Shown here: piece after piece, positions 18,463 through 28,491 of the stretch
Layout of the letters: every line of letters starts with the position of its first letter
How positions within the stretch are numbered: position 1 is the first letter of the stretch
NCBI GenBank assembly: GCA_049509455.1
Contig: JBEKZX010000001.1
Coordinates: 32,001 to 96,000 of the forward strand
Direction of reading: 5' to 3'
DNA: 64,000 nt
DNA from: Conexivisphaerales archaeon
Lineage (GTDB): Archaea; Thermoproteota; Nitrososphaeria; Conexivisphaerales; DTJL01
Notes under the pieces: model-generated
The model's input: the letters and a program-made list of their open reading frames with translations, nothing else
Database searches by the model: none
Told to the model about the DNA's origin: nothing
Program-made: the position numbers and the translations under genes

Positions 18463-18804
18463 TCCACTGCCGAAAGTCTGAAAGGGGGTTTTTATCCTTT
18501 TGCGATGGTCACCTTCCCGAACGCCTCGGCTCCTTTGTGGTCCTTTGAAAGCATGGCCTATTGAATCGACAAAAGCAGCGATTGCCAGCGGAGTCCGCGC
18601 TTTCATCGATGCCCTCCGCAGACGATGTCCGAAACGGATGGAACGACGTGCTCCCGCTCTAGTCGACTTCACGATGCTATCCTTATAGGAACCGACGACG
18701 AGAGGGACACATGCTTTCCGGCGGCAACGTCTACGTGACAATTTACGAGCCCGTCACTTCTCTCCGTCCCGCTTAAATCCGGGAGGGTTTCTTTCACATG
18801 GCGA

Positions 18805-19281
18805 TTGGACCCCCGCCTCACGGTCAAACTGGGCAGCATGTATCCCAGCTGCACCCACAAGGAGCTCGGAGAGCTGGCCTGCAGCATCCAAGAAGGAAAG
18901 TACTGGAAAGCAGGTCCCGGCATGACCTTCTCTGTCGCCCTCACCAGGGCCCGCCGCCTCAGAGGCAGAGACTGGGTAGCCAAGGTGACCGGCTTGGGCC
19001 AGGTGACCGTGCCTGGACCTCTGAAGCCCTACTGCAGGAGGGGAAGGGTCGTCCTGGTATCCTCGTCGGCTCCTTCTAGGGCGGTGCTCGTCTTGGGCTG
19101 GCCAACCTTCCTTTGGGTTATGAGGAAAGGGAAGGTCCACCCCCTAGTGGAGGGCGCCCTGGCTGGGAAGCTGGCAGGGTACGTCGGCGTCCCACGATTG
19201 AAGGAGTACCTCAAGTGCGATGATGAAGAAGGTTTGGCGGGCCCGTCGGGAATCGGACCCGAGACACCCGGGTCGCTTTGA
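18805..19281 (+). CDS. hypothetical protein whose 3' end overlaps tRNA-Lys(TTT) antisense
   Basis: 158-aa ORF, strongly genome-like codons, TTAAAT box about 30 nt upstream; stop lies inside the tRNA intron. Confidence 0.5.
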   Translation: MDPRLTVKLGSMYPSCTHKELGELACSIQEGKYWKAGPGMTFSVALTRARRLRGRDWVAKVTGLGQVTVPGPLKPYCRRGRVVLVSSSAPSRAVLVLGWPTFLWVMRKGKVHPLVEGALAGKLAGYVGVPRLKEYLKCDDEEGLAGPSGIGPETPGSL

Positions 19282-19332
19282 CCGCGGTCGGCCATAAAAG
19301 CCCGGCGCTCTACCTGGCTGAGCTACGGGCCC
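19235..19332 (-). tRNA. tRNA-Lys (TTT) with canonical 37/38 intron (19274-19294), CCA encoded
   Basis: GGGCCCG/CGGGCCC; CCGGG-CT TTT A^A-CCCGG; BHB central helix CTTT/AAAG; T-loop TCCGATT. Confidence 0.92.
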
Positions 19333-19414
19333 GTTCTGACTTGGTTGAAATCCCCCCGTTATTAAAACTAGGGTTGCGGAACTTCCTCATGACGGCCGTA
19401 CGGCGCCCAGGTGC

Positions 19415-20467
19415 CTAGGGGAGCGTCATGGCCATTACCGCCTTCTGCACGTGCAGCCTGTTCTCGGCCTCTTCGAAGTATAGCGACCTCTTGTTCTCAT
19501 CGATCACTTCGTCGGTCACTTCCTGCCCCCTGTCGGCCGGTCCGCAGTGCATGTAATAGGCCTTGTTGGTCCTGTCCAGGCTCTTCTTGGTGCATATCCA
19601 GTCCTTGTACTTCGACTGGAAGGCCGTCGCGGCGTCCTTATCCATCTTCGCGCTGTGCGGAGGGAAGAACTCCTTGGGCGACCACGCCTTGGGGTAGACG
19701 AAGTCGGCCCCTTCGAATGCCTCCTTCATATCGTAGCTGACCTCGAAGCTCCCACCGTACCTGTCGGCGTTCTGCTTGCAGGCCTTCGTCACGACGTCTT
19801 CCAGCTCGAACCCTTTGGGGTGGGCCAGCACGACGTCCATGCCGAATTGCGTAGTGATTAACGCCTCGTTCTGGGGCACGGCCAGCGGCTTGAGGCCGCC
19901 GGAGTAGGCGTAGGACACCACGAACTTCTTGTCCTTCAGCTTAGGCGACGCCTGCTTGGCGGCCATGATGTCCGCCATCGCCTGGAACGGGTGGTACATA
20001 TCGTCCTCCATGTTCAGAACGGGAATCGAAGCCCACTTGGCGAACTCCTGCACGACCTTGTGGCCCCTCCCGATGTTCCATTTGGCGGCGTCACCGTAGA
20101 TCCTGATCGCGATCGAGTCGCCCATCCTGCTGAGCACTCTAGCGACGTCTGAGATGGCCTCCGTCTGGTAGGCCACCATGTCCTCCGGCAGCGACGGCGT
20201 GTAGACGTCTTGGGGACTCAGGAAATGGGCGTGCCCGCCTAGCTGGTAAATGCCGCCTTCGAAGGAATTCCTCGTCCTGAGCGACCGATTGTAGAAAAGC
20301 ATGAAGAGCGTCCTCCCAGGAAGGTAGGGCGTCTCCTTCCGGCCCCTGAACTTCTTCTGCAGATCGAAGGAGGCGTCCAACACCTGAGTGAGCTCCTCCT
20401 GCGAGAAGTCTTGAGTGTTCAGGAAGTCCTTCCCCCTGAAGGCCCCGACATAAGATGGGAGTTTCAT
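19415..20467 (-). CDS. ornithine carbamoyltransferase superfamily protein, YgeW/AOTCase-like
   Basis: NRSLRTR, HPFQAMAD, YAYSGGLKPLAVPQ, MHCGPADRG, EAENRLHVQKA. ATG 20467 is preceded by a GGAGGTGG SD. Confidence 0.85.
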   Translation of the reverse strand: MKLPSYVGAFRGKDFLNTQDFSQEELTQVLDASFDLQKKFRGRKETPYLPGRTLFMLFYNRSLRTRNSFEGGIYQLGGHAHFLSPQDVYTPSLPEDMVAYQTEAISDVARVLSRMGDSIAIRIYGDAAKWNIGRGHKVVQEFAKWASIPVLNMEDDMYHPFQAMADIMAAKQASPKLKDKKFVVSYAYSGGLKPLAVPQNEALITTQFGMDVVLAHPKGFELEDVVTKACKQNADRYGGSFEVSYDMKEAFEGADFVYPKAWSPKEFFPPHSAKMDKDAATAFQSKYKDWICTKKSLDRTNKAYYMHCGPADRGQEVTDEVIDENKRSLYFEEAENRLHVQKAVMAMTLP

Positions 20468-20613
20468 AGATACCACCTCCGCTCGTCTCTTTCTCATATT
20501 ATAAGGTTTGGCAAAGGTCTCCGGCGGCGCGTCTCTGGAAGGCACAGAAAAGTTAAATACGCACCTTTTGGCGGTATTGTTGCGGAATATTTTGTATGTT
20601 GGAATATCAACGG

Positions 20614-20620
20614 TTTTTAA
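20614..20620 (+). promoter_or_regulatory. TATA box upstream of rpoH
   Basis: TTTTTAA about 50 nt before the rpoH ATG. Confidence 0.5.
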
Positions 20621-20668
20621 GGCACTTCCTGTCCGGCGTCGGAGCGCTGTGTAGCTAGGTGACTCTGC

Positions 20669-20920
20669 ATGGCTGAAATCGTCAAGGAATTCAAGCCTTC
20701 AGCTCACCGTGATGTGCCGAAGCACGAAATCGTGCCTAAGGACGAAGTGGACAGCATACTGAAGAGCTATAACGCTACATACGAGCAGTTCCCCTTCATC
20801 CTGACGACGGATCCCGTCGTCTTGGAGCTCCAGGCTAAGCCCGGCGACCTCATCAAGATAAGCCGGGATAGCAAGACGGCAGGTTCCAGCGTGTACTTCC
20901 GCCTTGTAGTCGAGGGTTAA
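20669..20920 (+). CDS. rpoH: RNA polymerase subunit Rpo5 (H)
   Basis: VPKHEIV, FPFILTTDPVV, AKPGDLIKISRDS.TAG..VYFRLVV. Confidence 0.95.
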   Translation: MAEIVKEFKPSAHRDVPKHEIVPKDEVDSILKSYNATYEQFPFILTTDPVVLELQAKPGDLIKISRDSKTAGSSVYFRLVVEG

Positions 20921-20925
20921 TAGTA

Positions 20926-23900
20926 ATGATGGAATCCACTTCGACCACCCTTACGGATGGATGGCCGATAATAGAGGATATACTGAGGAAGGAAGGTGTC
21001 GCCCGTCAGCACCTGAATTCGTATAACGAGTTCGTCGCCAGGGGCTTGCAGAGCATCATCGACGAGGTCAACGAGGCCGACATCGAGACCGCCAGCGGCT
21101 CCTACAAGGTTAAGTTCGGCAAGGTCATTTTAGACAGGCCCCGCGTCGTCGAGATTGACGGCTCCATAAGCTATGTTCTTCCTTCGGAGGCGAGGCTCAG
21201 GAACCTCACCTACGGCGCCCCTCTCTACCTTGAGATAACAATCATAGACCCTCAGCTGGGCCCCGCCGGCCAGGTCACCCAGAAGTTCCACATAGGCGAC
21301 TTGCCCGTCATGGTGAAGTCCAACCTCTGCGCCCTCTTCGGGCTCTCGGACGACCAGCTCATCGGAGCCGGCGAGGACCTCAAGGATCCCGGAGGGTACT
21401 TCGTCATCAACGGCTCCGAGAGGGTCATCGTGGGCTTGGAGGACCTCTCTCCCAACAAGATCCTTGTGGAGACCGACAAGAGCGGCGGTAAGGTTTCGCA
21501 CAAGGCAAAGATATACTCCTCCATAGTGGGCTACCGTTCCAAACTCGAGCTGGAGCTCAAACCTGATGGCGCCCTTTACGTCAAGCTCCCGGCCTCGCCC
21601 GTGGACCTCCCATTCGTAATCGTTCTCAGAGCGCTGGGCATCAACACGGACAAGGAGGTAGCCGACATGGTCTCGGTCAAGAGTTTCATCCAGGATCAGT
21701 TGGAGACCACCTTCGAGAAGTCCGCGGAGGCCCTTACTTCTCAGGAGGCCCTGATGTACATAGGGAATAGGGTCGCCCACGGCATGATGGACGAGCTCAG
21801 GCTGAAGAGGGCGGAAATGCTACTCGACTGGTACCTCCTTCCTCACCTCGGCAGGCAACCCTCCAACAGACTCGACAAGGCGGCCTTCCTCGGCGAAGCC
21901 GCATGCAAGCTGCTGGAGCTTCGCCTGGGCTACATCGACCAGGACGACAAGGACCATTACGGTAACAAGGTCATCAAGTTCGCAGGGCAGATGTTGGCCG
22001 ACCTCTTCCGCACCGCCTTCAGGAACATGGTGCGCGACATGAAGTACCAGCTGGACAGGGTGGGCCAGAGGAGGGGCCCTGCCGTAGTTGGCGCCGCCAT
22101 CCGTCCCGGCATCATCACTGACAAGCTAGCCAACGCCATTGCCACCGGGAACTGGGGAAGGGGAAAGGTGGGCGTCACGCAGCTCCTGGACAAGACCAAC
22201 TACCTTTCTACACTGAGCCACCTCAGGCGCATCCAGTCGCCTCTGAGCAGGAGCCAGCCAAACTTCGAGGCCAGGGACCTCCATTCCACTCATTTCGGCA
22301 GGATATGTCCAAACGAGACGCCCGAGGGCTCCAACTGTGGCCTGGTCAAGAACCTCGCCCTCTCTGCCATCATATCGGTCACCTCGTCCTCGCATGAGGT
22401 GCTCAACAAGCCCTTCGCGCTGGGCGTGATGAGATATGGTGAAGCGGTGGCGGAGCTGAAGGAGAGCGGAGCCAAGGTTTTCGTGGACGGCAGGATGGTG
22501 GGCTACGTCGACGACGCCTTCCGCCTGGCCTCGGCCTTCCGGAGGCTTCGGCGCCGGGGCGAAATCCCTTCTGATGTGTCGATCTACGTCTACAAGCCTG
22601 AGATGGCCAACGCCACGGTCAGGGTCTACATCTCGGCTAGTGCCGGGCGGGTCCTCAGGCCTCTGATAGTGGTCGAAAACGGCAGGCCACTGGTGACCGC
22701 CGACATGATCGAGAAGGTCAAGACGGGCATGCTCGGCTGGCGCGACCTGGTCTCCCAGGGCGTGCTCGAAGTAGTCGACGCCAACGAAGAGGAGAACGCC
22801 TACATCGCCCTCGACGCCAAGGACCTGACGGCGCAGCACACGCACCTCGAGCTCTACACGCCAGCCATCTTGGGCGTCGCTGGCTCGCTCATACCCTACC
22901 CTGAGCACAACCAGTCCCCTAGGAACACCTACGAGTCGGCCATGGCCAAGCAGGCCCTCGGCTTTTCCACATCCAACTTCGGCACAGCCAGCTACGTCCG
23001 CCAGCACCTCGCGGTCTATCCACAGGTGCCCGTGGTCAAGACGCGCTCCCATACGCTGATTAACATGGACGAAAGGCCGATGGGCCAGAACGCAGTGCTG
23101 GCCGTCCTCAGTTTCGAAGGCTACAACATCGAAGACGCCGTAGTCCTGAACAAATCCAGCGTCGACAGGGGCTTGGGCCGCACCTTCTTCTACAGGCTCT
23201 ACGAGGCCGAGGCCCAGCAGTATCTGGGAGGGATGAAGGACAGGTTCGAGTTACCTAGCGCGGACGCCAACATACGCGGCTTCAGGGGAGAGAAGTTCTA
23301 CAGGCTCCTCGAACCGGACGGGGTCGTCATGTCGGAGGCCGTGGTCTCCGGAGGCGACGTGCTGGCCGGAAGGACGAGCCCGCCTCGTTTCATGGAGGAG
23401 TACAAGGAGTTCGAGGTCAAAGGTCCCTACAGGCGTGACACCTCGATTGCCGTGCGGCCCAGCGAGAGCGGCGTCGTCGACTCGGTCTTCATGACGCAGA
23501 CCGTCGAAGGGAACAAGATCTACAAGATACGCGTCCGGGACCAGAGGATCCCCGAGTTGGGCGACAAGTTCGCTTCCCGACACGGGCAGAAGGGAGTCGT
23601 GGGCCTCCTGGTCAACCAAGAGGACATGCCCTACACGGAGCAGGGCATCGTCCCCGACGTCATCATGAACCCCCATGCCTTTCCGTCGAGGATGACCGTG
23701 GGCCAGTTCCTGGAGTCTCTAGCGGGCAAGGCGGCCGCACTGAGAGGTTCGCCCGTCGACGGCACGGCTTTCCTCGGAGAGAAGCCCAAGGGAATCAAGG
23801 ATATACTGAAGCAGTTCGGCTTCCTGGAGTCGGGCCGCGAAGTTATGTACGACGGCCGCACAGGGAAGCGCTACCCGGCCGACATCTACACGGGAGTCGT

Positions 23901-24297
23901 CTACTATCAGAAGCTCCACCATATGGTGGCCGACAAGATACACGCCCGCGCCCGCGGCCAGGTGCAGATGCTCACCAAGCAGCCCACTGAAGGGAGGGCC
24001 CGCGGCGGAGGCCTCAGGTTCGGAGAGATGGAGAGAGACTGTCTAATAGCCTACGGCGCGGCCATGGTTCTGAAGGACAGGCTCCTCGAGGAGTCCGACA
24101 AGACGGAGGTCCACATCTGCGAGAAGTGCGGGCTCATCGCCTACTATGATTCGCGGCAGCGCAAGTACGTATGCAAGGTGGACGGCGACTCGAGCAAGAT
24201 CTCAACAGTCACGGTGGCCTACGCCTTCAAGCTGCTCCTTCAAGAAATGATGAGCCTGGTGATAGCGCCACGCTTGAAGCTGAAGGACAAGGTCTAG
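20926..24297 (+). CDS. rpoB: RNA polymerase subunit Rpo2 (B), unsplit
   Basis: GGYFVINGSERV, GDKFASRHGQKG, KLHHMVADKIHAR, GLRFGEMERD. Confidence 0.98.
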   Translation: MMESTSTTLTDGWPIIEDILRKEGVARQHLNSYNEFVARGLQSIIDEVNEADIETASGSYKVKFGKVILDRPRVVEIDGSISYVLPSEARLRNLTYGAPLYLEITIIDPQLGPAGQVTQKFHIGDLPVMVKSNLCALFGLSDDQLIGAGEDLKDPGGYFVINGSERVIVGLEDLSPNKILVETDKSGGKVSHKAKIYSSIVGYRSKLELELKPDGALYVKLPASPVDLPFVIVLRALGINTDKEVADMVSVKSFIQDQLETTFEKSAEALTSQEALMYIGNRVAHGMMDELRLKRAEMLLDWYLLPHLGRQPSNRLDKAAFLGEAACKLLELRLGYIDQDDKDHYGNKVIKFAGQMLADLFRTAFRNMVRDMKYQLDRVGQRRGPAVVGAAIRPGIITDKLANAIATGNWGRGKVGVTQLLDKTNYLSTLSHLRRIQSPLSRSQPNFEARDLHSTHFGRICPNETPEGSNCGLVKNLALSAIISVTSSSHEVLNKPFALGVMRYGEAVAELKESGAKVFVDGRMVGYVDDAFRLASAFRRLRRRGEIPSDVSIYVYKPEMANATVRVYISASAGRVLRPLIVVENGRPLVTADMIEKVKTGMLGWRDLVSQGVLEVVDANEEENAYIALDAKDLTAQHTHLELYTPAILGVAGSLIPYPEHNQSPRNTYESAMAKQALGFSTSNFGTASYVRQHLAVYPQVPVVKTRSHTLINMDERPMGQNAVLAVLSFEGYNIEDAVVLNKSSVDRGLGRTFFYRLYEAEAQQYLGGMKDRFELPSADANIRGFRGEKFYRLLEPDGVVMSEAVVSGGDVLAGRTSPPRFMEEYKEFEVKGPYRRDTSIAVRPSESGVVDSVFMTQTVEGNKIYKIRVRDQRIPELGDKFASRHGQKGVVGLLVNQEDMPYTEQGIVPDVIMNPHAFPSRMTVGQFLESLAGKAAALRGSPVDGTAFLGEKPKGIKDILKQFGFLESGREVMYDGRTGKRYPADIYTGVVYYQKLHHMVADKIHARARGQVQMLTKQPTEGRARGGGLRFGEMERDCLIAYGAAMVLKDRLLEESDKTEVHICEKCGLIAYYDSRQRKYVCKVDGDSSKISTVTVAYAFKLLLQEMMSLVIAPRLKLKDKV

Positions 24298-24309
24298 AGG
24301 TGTATTGAG

Positions 24310-27300
24310 ATGGAAGAAGCGATTAAGACCGTGGGCGGAATCGGGTTCTGTGTCTTCTCGCCTTCGGAGGTCAGGAAGTACTCTACAGTCGAGATCACCG
24401 TCCCCGAGACCTACGATGAGGACGGAATGCCGGTCCAAGGAGGCCTCATGGACAGCCGCCTGGGCGTCCTGGAGCCGGGCCAGAAATGCGGCACGTGTGG
24501 CAACACCAGCGCCCGCTGCCCCGGCCACTTCGGCCACATCGAGCTCGCCGAGCCCGTGTTACACGTCGCCTTTGTCACGATCACCCACACGCTCCTTGTA
24601 GCCACCTGCCGCAGCTGCGGCCGGGTCCTCCTCCCCGAGGACGAGGTCAAGGCCTACAGAGAACAGATTAAGGTCAAGGGGTACACGACCCCCAACATCG
24701 TGGAGCGGATCTCTAAGGAGATAGTCGCCAAGGCGAAGAAGGCCAAGGTCTGCCCGCACTGCGGCAAGAAGAAGCTGGAAGTCGAGTTCACCAAGCCCCA
24801 CCTGTTCCACGAGATAAACGACGAAGGAGGCGCCGTCCGCCTCCTTCCCGCGGCCATAAGAGAGCGCATGGAGAGGATACTCGACGAGGACCTCGTCCTG
24901 CTGGGCTTCGACCCGACGTCGGCCAAGCCGGAGTGGCTAGTCCTTCAGGTCCTCCCTGTGCCCCCCGTCACCGTCAGGCCCTCTATCACGCTAGAGACGG
25001 GCATCAGGTCCGAGGACGACCTCACTCACAAGCTCGTTGACATCCTCAGAGTCAACCAGAGAGTACGCGAAAGCAAGGAGTCGGGCACGCCGCCCCTCAT
25101 CGTACAGGACCTCGTCGACCTTCTGCAGTATCACGTCACCACTTACTTCGACAACGAGGTCTCCGGCATACCGCAGGCCCACCACAGGTCTGGGAGGCCG
25201 TTGAAGACCATCAGCCAGAGGCTGAAGGGCAAGGAAGGACGCTTCAGAGGGAGCCTCTCAGGCAAGAGGGTAGACTTCTCCAGCCGCACGGTCATCTCCC
25301 CGGACCCCAGCCTCGACATCTCCGAGGTGGGCGTACCCGCGGAGGTGGCGAAGAAGCTCACCGTTCCCGAGAAGGTGGCCCCATGGAACATCGAGCACCT
25401 GAAGAAGCTGGTCATCAACGGCCCCACGACCCATCCAGGCGCCAACTACATCATCCGGCCCGACGGCGTGAAAATCCGCCTAGAGTTTGCCGGCGACCGG
25501 CAGGCCATCAGCGAAGCTCTAGCTCCTGGATACGTCGTCGAGAGGCACCTGAGCGACGGCGACGTCGTGCTGTTCAACCGCCAGCCTTCGCTGCACAGAA
25601 TGTCCATCATGGCCCACTTTGTGAAGGTCCTCCCGTACAGGACCTTCAGGCTTCACCCAGCAGTCTGTCCCCCCTACAACGCCGACTTTGACGGGGACGA
25701 GATGAACCTCCACGTCCCTCAGGGAGAGGAAGCGCGCTCCGAAGCCCTGACCCTTATGCGGGTCCAAGACCAGCTCATCTCGCCCAGGTACGGCGGCCCC
25801 ATTATCGGGGCGATAAGGGACTTCCTGACGGCCGCCTTTCTGCTGACTAGGGACGGGGTTTTCCTTTCCAAGACCGAGTTCTCCAATCTGGCATACGCCG
25901 GTGGATACACGGGAGAGCTTCCGCCTCCGGATAAGAAGGAGCCCGAGGAGCTCTACACCGGCAAGCAGCTCTTCAGCCTGTTCCTTCCCAAGGACTTCAA
26001 CTACGTGCTGACCTCGAAGTGGTTCAAGGCCAAGGGCGGCAAGAAGGGCAAGGACGTCGTCGTAAGGGAGGGCGTCCTAGAGTCCGGAGTCATCGACAAG
26101 GCCTCGATCGGAGCCGAGGAGCCCGACACCATCCTCCACAGGATAGTGAAGGACTACGGCACCGACGCGGCTAGGACCTTCCTTAACTCCATCCTCAGGA
26201 TCCTAAGAGCTTACATCACCTCGGTGGGCTTCTCATTCGGCTTCGACGAGCTGGAGCTCAGCACCGATGCCGTCAAGGAGATTTACGACATTATAGGTGC
26301 GTCCTACGGCAGCGTCGGAGACCTCTACAAGAAGTACGACGCGGGTAAGCTGCCCTTGATTAAGGGCCTCAAGCCCGAGGCGGCCCTGGAACAGTACATC
26401 ATGAGCGAGTTGAGCAAGGCTAGGGACCACGCCGGCCGCGTGGTCGAGAGGACCCTCCCCGACACGAACTCCGGCATCGTAATGGCCAAGACGGGAGCGA
26501 GGGGCTCTTCGCTCAACCTCGGGCAGATGACGGCCATCGTCGGACAGCAGTCGGTGCGAGGCAAGCGCATCACCAGGGGCTACTACCACAGAGCGTTGGC
26601 CCATTTTAAGCAGCTGGAGAAGAACCCCGACGCGTACGGGTTCGTGAAGTCCAACTACCGGGAGGGCCTCGACCCCATCGAGTTCTTCTTTCACGCCATG
26701 GGCGGGCGGGAAGGCCTCGTTGACACGGCCGTTAGGACCCAGCAGAGCGGCTACATGCAGAGGAGGCTGGTGAACGCCATGGAACACGTCAGGGTGGAGT
26801 ACGACTCCACCGTCAGGGATCCTCAGGGCAACCTCATTCAGTTCAGGTACGGAGAAGACGGCGTCGATCCCTCCAAGAGCGACCATGGCAAGGCCGTCAA
26901 CGTCGACAGGCTTATCGACTCGCAGGAGCTGCTCGACGACAAGACCCCTCCCAGGATAAAGGAGACCGAGGCGAAGGCCATGGTCAAAGGCTACAACGAG
27001 AGGCTCAACCCCAGGCTCGCCGAGGAGCTCGAGGAGGCCCTGAAGAAGGGAGGGCTCAGCAAGAAGTCGTCCAAGGCGGTATGCGAAACCACGGTGGCGC
27101 TGTACAAGAAGGCGCTCGTGGAGCCGGGCGAGGCCATGGGCGTCGTAGGCGCGCAGTCCATCGGCGAGCCGGGCACACAGATGACCCTCAGGACGTTCCA
27201 CTTCGCAGGCGTAAGAGAGAGGGACGTCACCCTGGGCCTGCCTAGGCTCATCGAGCTGGTGGACGCACGCAAACAACCCAGCACACCTACCATGGATGTC

Positions 27301-28104
27301 TACCTCGACGAAGAGCACAAGGTCAGCCAGGAGAAGGCGTTAGAGGTGGCCAGAGAGATACTCTTCACCAAGGTGGGCGACCTCGTCAAGCAGGTCAAGA
27401 AGGACTACGCGGAGATCTCCTTCGAGTTCGTCCTAGACGCGGAGAAGATGGCCGAAAGGGCTTGCACCATCGAAACCATCACCTCTGTCATAAAGTCACC
27501 CAAGAACAAGACCAAGGTGGACGAGAAGGGGAGGTTCTTCAAGATCCTAGTGGACAACTTCGAGGACCAAGCCTCCATCAGCGTCAGGGACAAATCGCTC
27601 AACACCAGAGTCAAGGGCGTCCCCGGGATCATGAGCGTCTCGGTCGTGCCCAAGGACTCCGAATGGATGATTCAGACGGCCGGCTCGAACTTGGGCAAGG
27701 TGCTGAAGCTCCCCGGAGTGGATGACACCAGGACCACGACCAACAACATCTACGAGATAGCCATGAACCTGGGCATCGAAGCCGCGCGCAACGCCATCGT
27801 CAGGGAGATACTCAACACGCTGGACGAGCAGGGTCTCGAGGTGGACGTCCGCCACATCCTCCTAGTAGCGGACCTGATGACGAGCAAGGGCTTGCTCCAG
27901 CAGATTGGCAGGCACGGGATCGCAGGCTCCAAGACCAGCGTCCTCGCCAGGGCGGCCTTCGAAATCACCGTCCCCACGTTGGCCGAAGCGGCCGCGAAAG
28001 GGGAGACGGAGGAGCTCAAGGGCGTGACCGAAAACGTTATTGTAGGTTCCACCATACCCGTTGGCACCGGGATGGTTGATATCTACATGAAGGGTGGCGA
28101 ATGA
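24310..28104 (+). CDS. rpoA: RNA polymerase subunit Rpo1, fused A'A''
   Basis: Catalytic YNADFDGDEMN plus the A'' motif QSIGEPGTQMTLRTFHFAG in one 1264-aa frame. Confidence 0.98.
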   Translation: MEEAIKTVGGIGFCVFSPSEVRKYSTVEITVPETYDEDGMPVQGGLMDSRLGVLEPGQKCGTCGNTSARCPGHFGHIELAEPVLHVAFVTITHTLLVATCRSCGRVLLPEDEVKAYREQIKVKGYTTPNIVERISKEIVAKAKKAKVCPHCGKKKLEVEFTKPHLFHEINDEGGAVRLLPAAIRERMERILDEDLVLLGFDPTSAKPEWLVLQVLPVPPVTVRPSITLETGIRSEDDLTHKLVDILRVNQRVRESKESGTPPLIVQDLVDLLQYHVTTYFDNEVSGIPQAHHRSGRPLKTISQRLKGKEGRFRGSLSGKRVDFSSRTVISPDPSLDISEVGVPAEVAKKLTVPEKVAPWNIEHLKKLVINGPTTHPGANYIIRPDGVKIRLEFAGDRQAISEALAPGYVVERHLSDGDVVLFNRQPSLHRMSIMAHFVKVLPYRTFRLHPAVCPPYNADFDGDEMNLHVPQGEEARSEALTLMRVQDQLISPRYGGPIIGAIRDFLTAAFLLTRDGVFLSKTEFSNLAYAGGYTGELPPPDKKEPEELYTGKQLFSLFLPKDFNYVLTSKWFKAKGGKKGKDVVVREGVLESGVIDKASIGAEEPDTILHRIVKDYGTDAARTFLNSILRILRAYITSVGFSFGFDELELSTDAVKEIYDIIGASYGSVGDLYKKYDAGKLPLIKGLKPEAALEQYIMSELSKARDHAGRVVERTLPDTNSGIVMAKTGARGSSLNLGQMTAIVGQQSVRGKRITRGYYHRALAHFKQLEKNPDAYGFVKSNYREGLDPIEFFFHAMGGREGLVDTAVRTQQSGYMQRRLVNAMEHVRVEYDSTVRDPQGNLIQFRYGEDGVDPSKSDHGKAVNVDRLIDSQELLDDKTPPRIKETEAKAMVKGYNERLNPRLAEELEEALKKGGLSKKSSKAVCETTVALYKKALVEPGEAMGVVGAQSIGEPGTQMTLRTFHFAGVRERDVTLGLPRLIELVDARKQPSTPTMDVYLDEEHKVSQEKALEVAREILFTKVGDLVKQVKKDYAEISFEFVLDAEKMAERACTIETITSVIKSPKNKTKVDEKGRFFKILVDNFEDQASISVRDKSLNTRVKGVPGIMSVSVVPKDSEWMIQTAGSNLGKVLKLPGVDDTRTTTNNIYEIAMNLGIEAARNAIVREILNTLDEQGLEVDVRHILLVADLMTSKGLLQQIGRHGIAGSKTSVLARAAFEITVPTLAEAAAKGETEELKGVTENVIVGSTIPVGTGMVDIYMKGGE

Positions 28105-28442
28105 ACTTGGACAACAAGAGGATCGCATCGGTGATCAAGGTTGCCATGAAATCCGGCAATGTGGTCCTGGGCGAGCGGGCTAGCCTCAAATCCCTCAAGA
28201 GCTCTAAGCTGGTCGTCGTGTCCGAATCCCTACTCAGCGAGGAGAGGGAAGCCGTCGAGAAGGCCTGCAAGGAGGCGGAGGTCCCCCTGCTGATATTCGA
28301 AGACTCGGCCGTGGCCTTGGGTGCGGCTGCAGGTAGATCGTTTCCCGTCAAGGTGCTCTCCGTGAAGAGCGCCGGGGATGCGGACATCGGCAAGCTGCTC
28401 AGACCCAAGGTCCCCGAGGGTGGCGCAGAGCAAAAGGCTTAA
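28101..28442 (+). CDS. rpl30e: ribosomal protein L30e
   Basis: VVLGERASLK, LGAAAGRSFPVKVLSV; expected position after rpoA. Confidence 0.9.
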   Translation: MNLDNKRIASVIKVAMKSGNVVLGERASLKSLKSSKLVVVSESLLSEEREAVEKACKEAEVPLLIFEDSAVALGAAAGRSFPVKVLSVKSAGDADIGKLLRPKVPEGGAEQKA

Positions 28443-28491
28443 AGAACAGGCGGCGAGAGTTGCTTCGTTAGTTTAGGATTGCGGTGTTGGT

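Noticed and set aside
18746-18756. cgagcccgtca as an att-like copy of the tRNA-Lys(TTT) 3' end
   Set aside because: Only 9/11 identity, which is expected by chance.
21130-27318. Long antisense and alternate-frame ORFs over rpoB/rpoA (e.g. 21130-21780, 22126-23052, 26233-27318), and similar ones over tuf, ade, malic enzyme, hyp genes and alaS
   Set aside because: Shadow frames expected from strong GC3 bias; fully nested in well-supported genes and without motifs.
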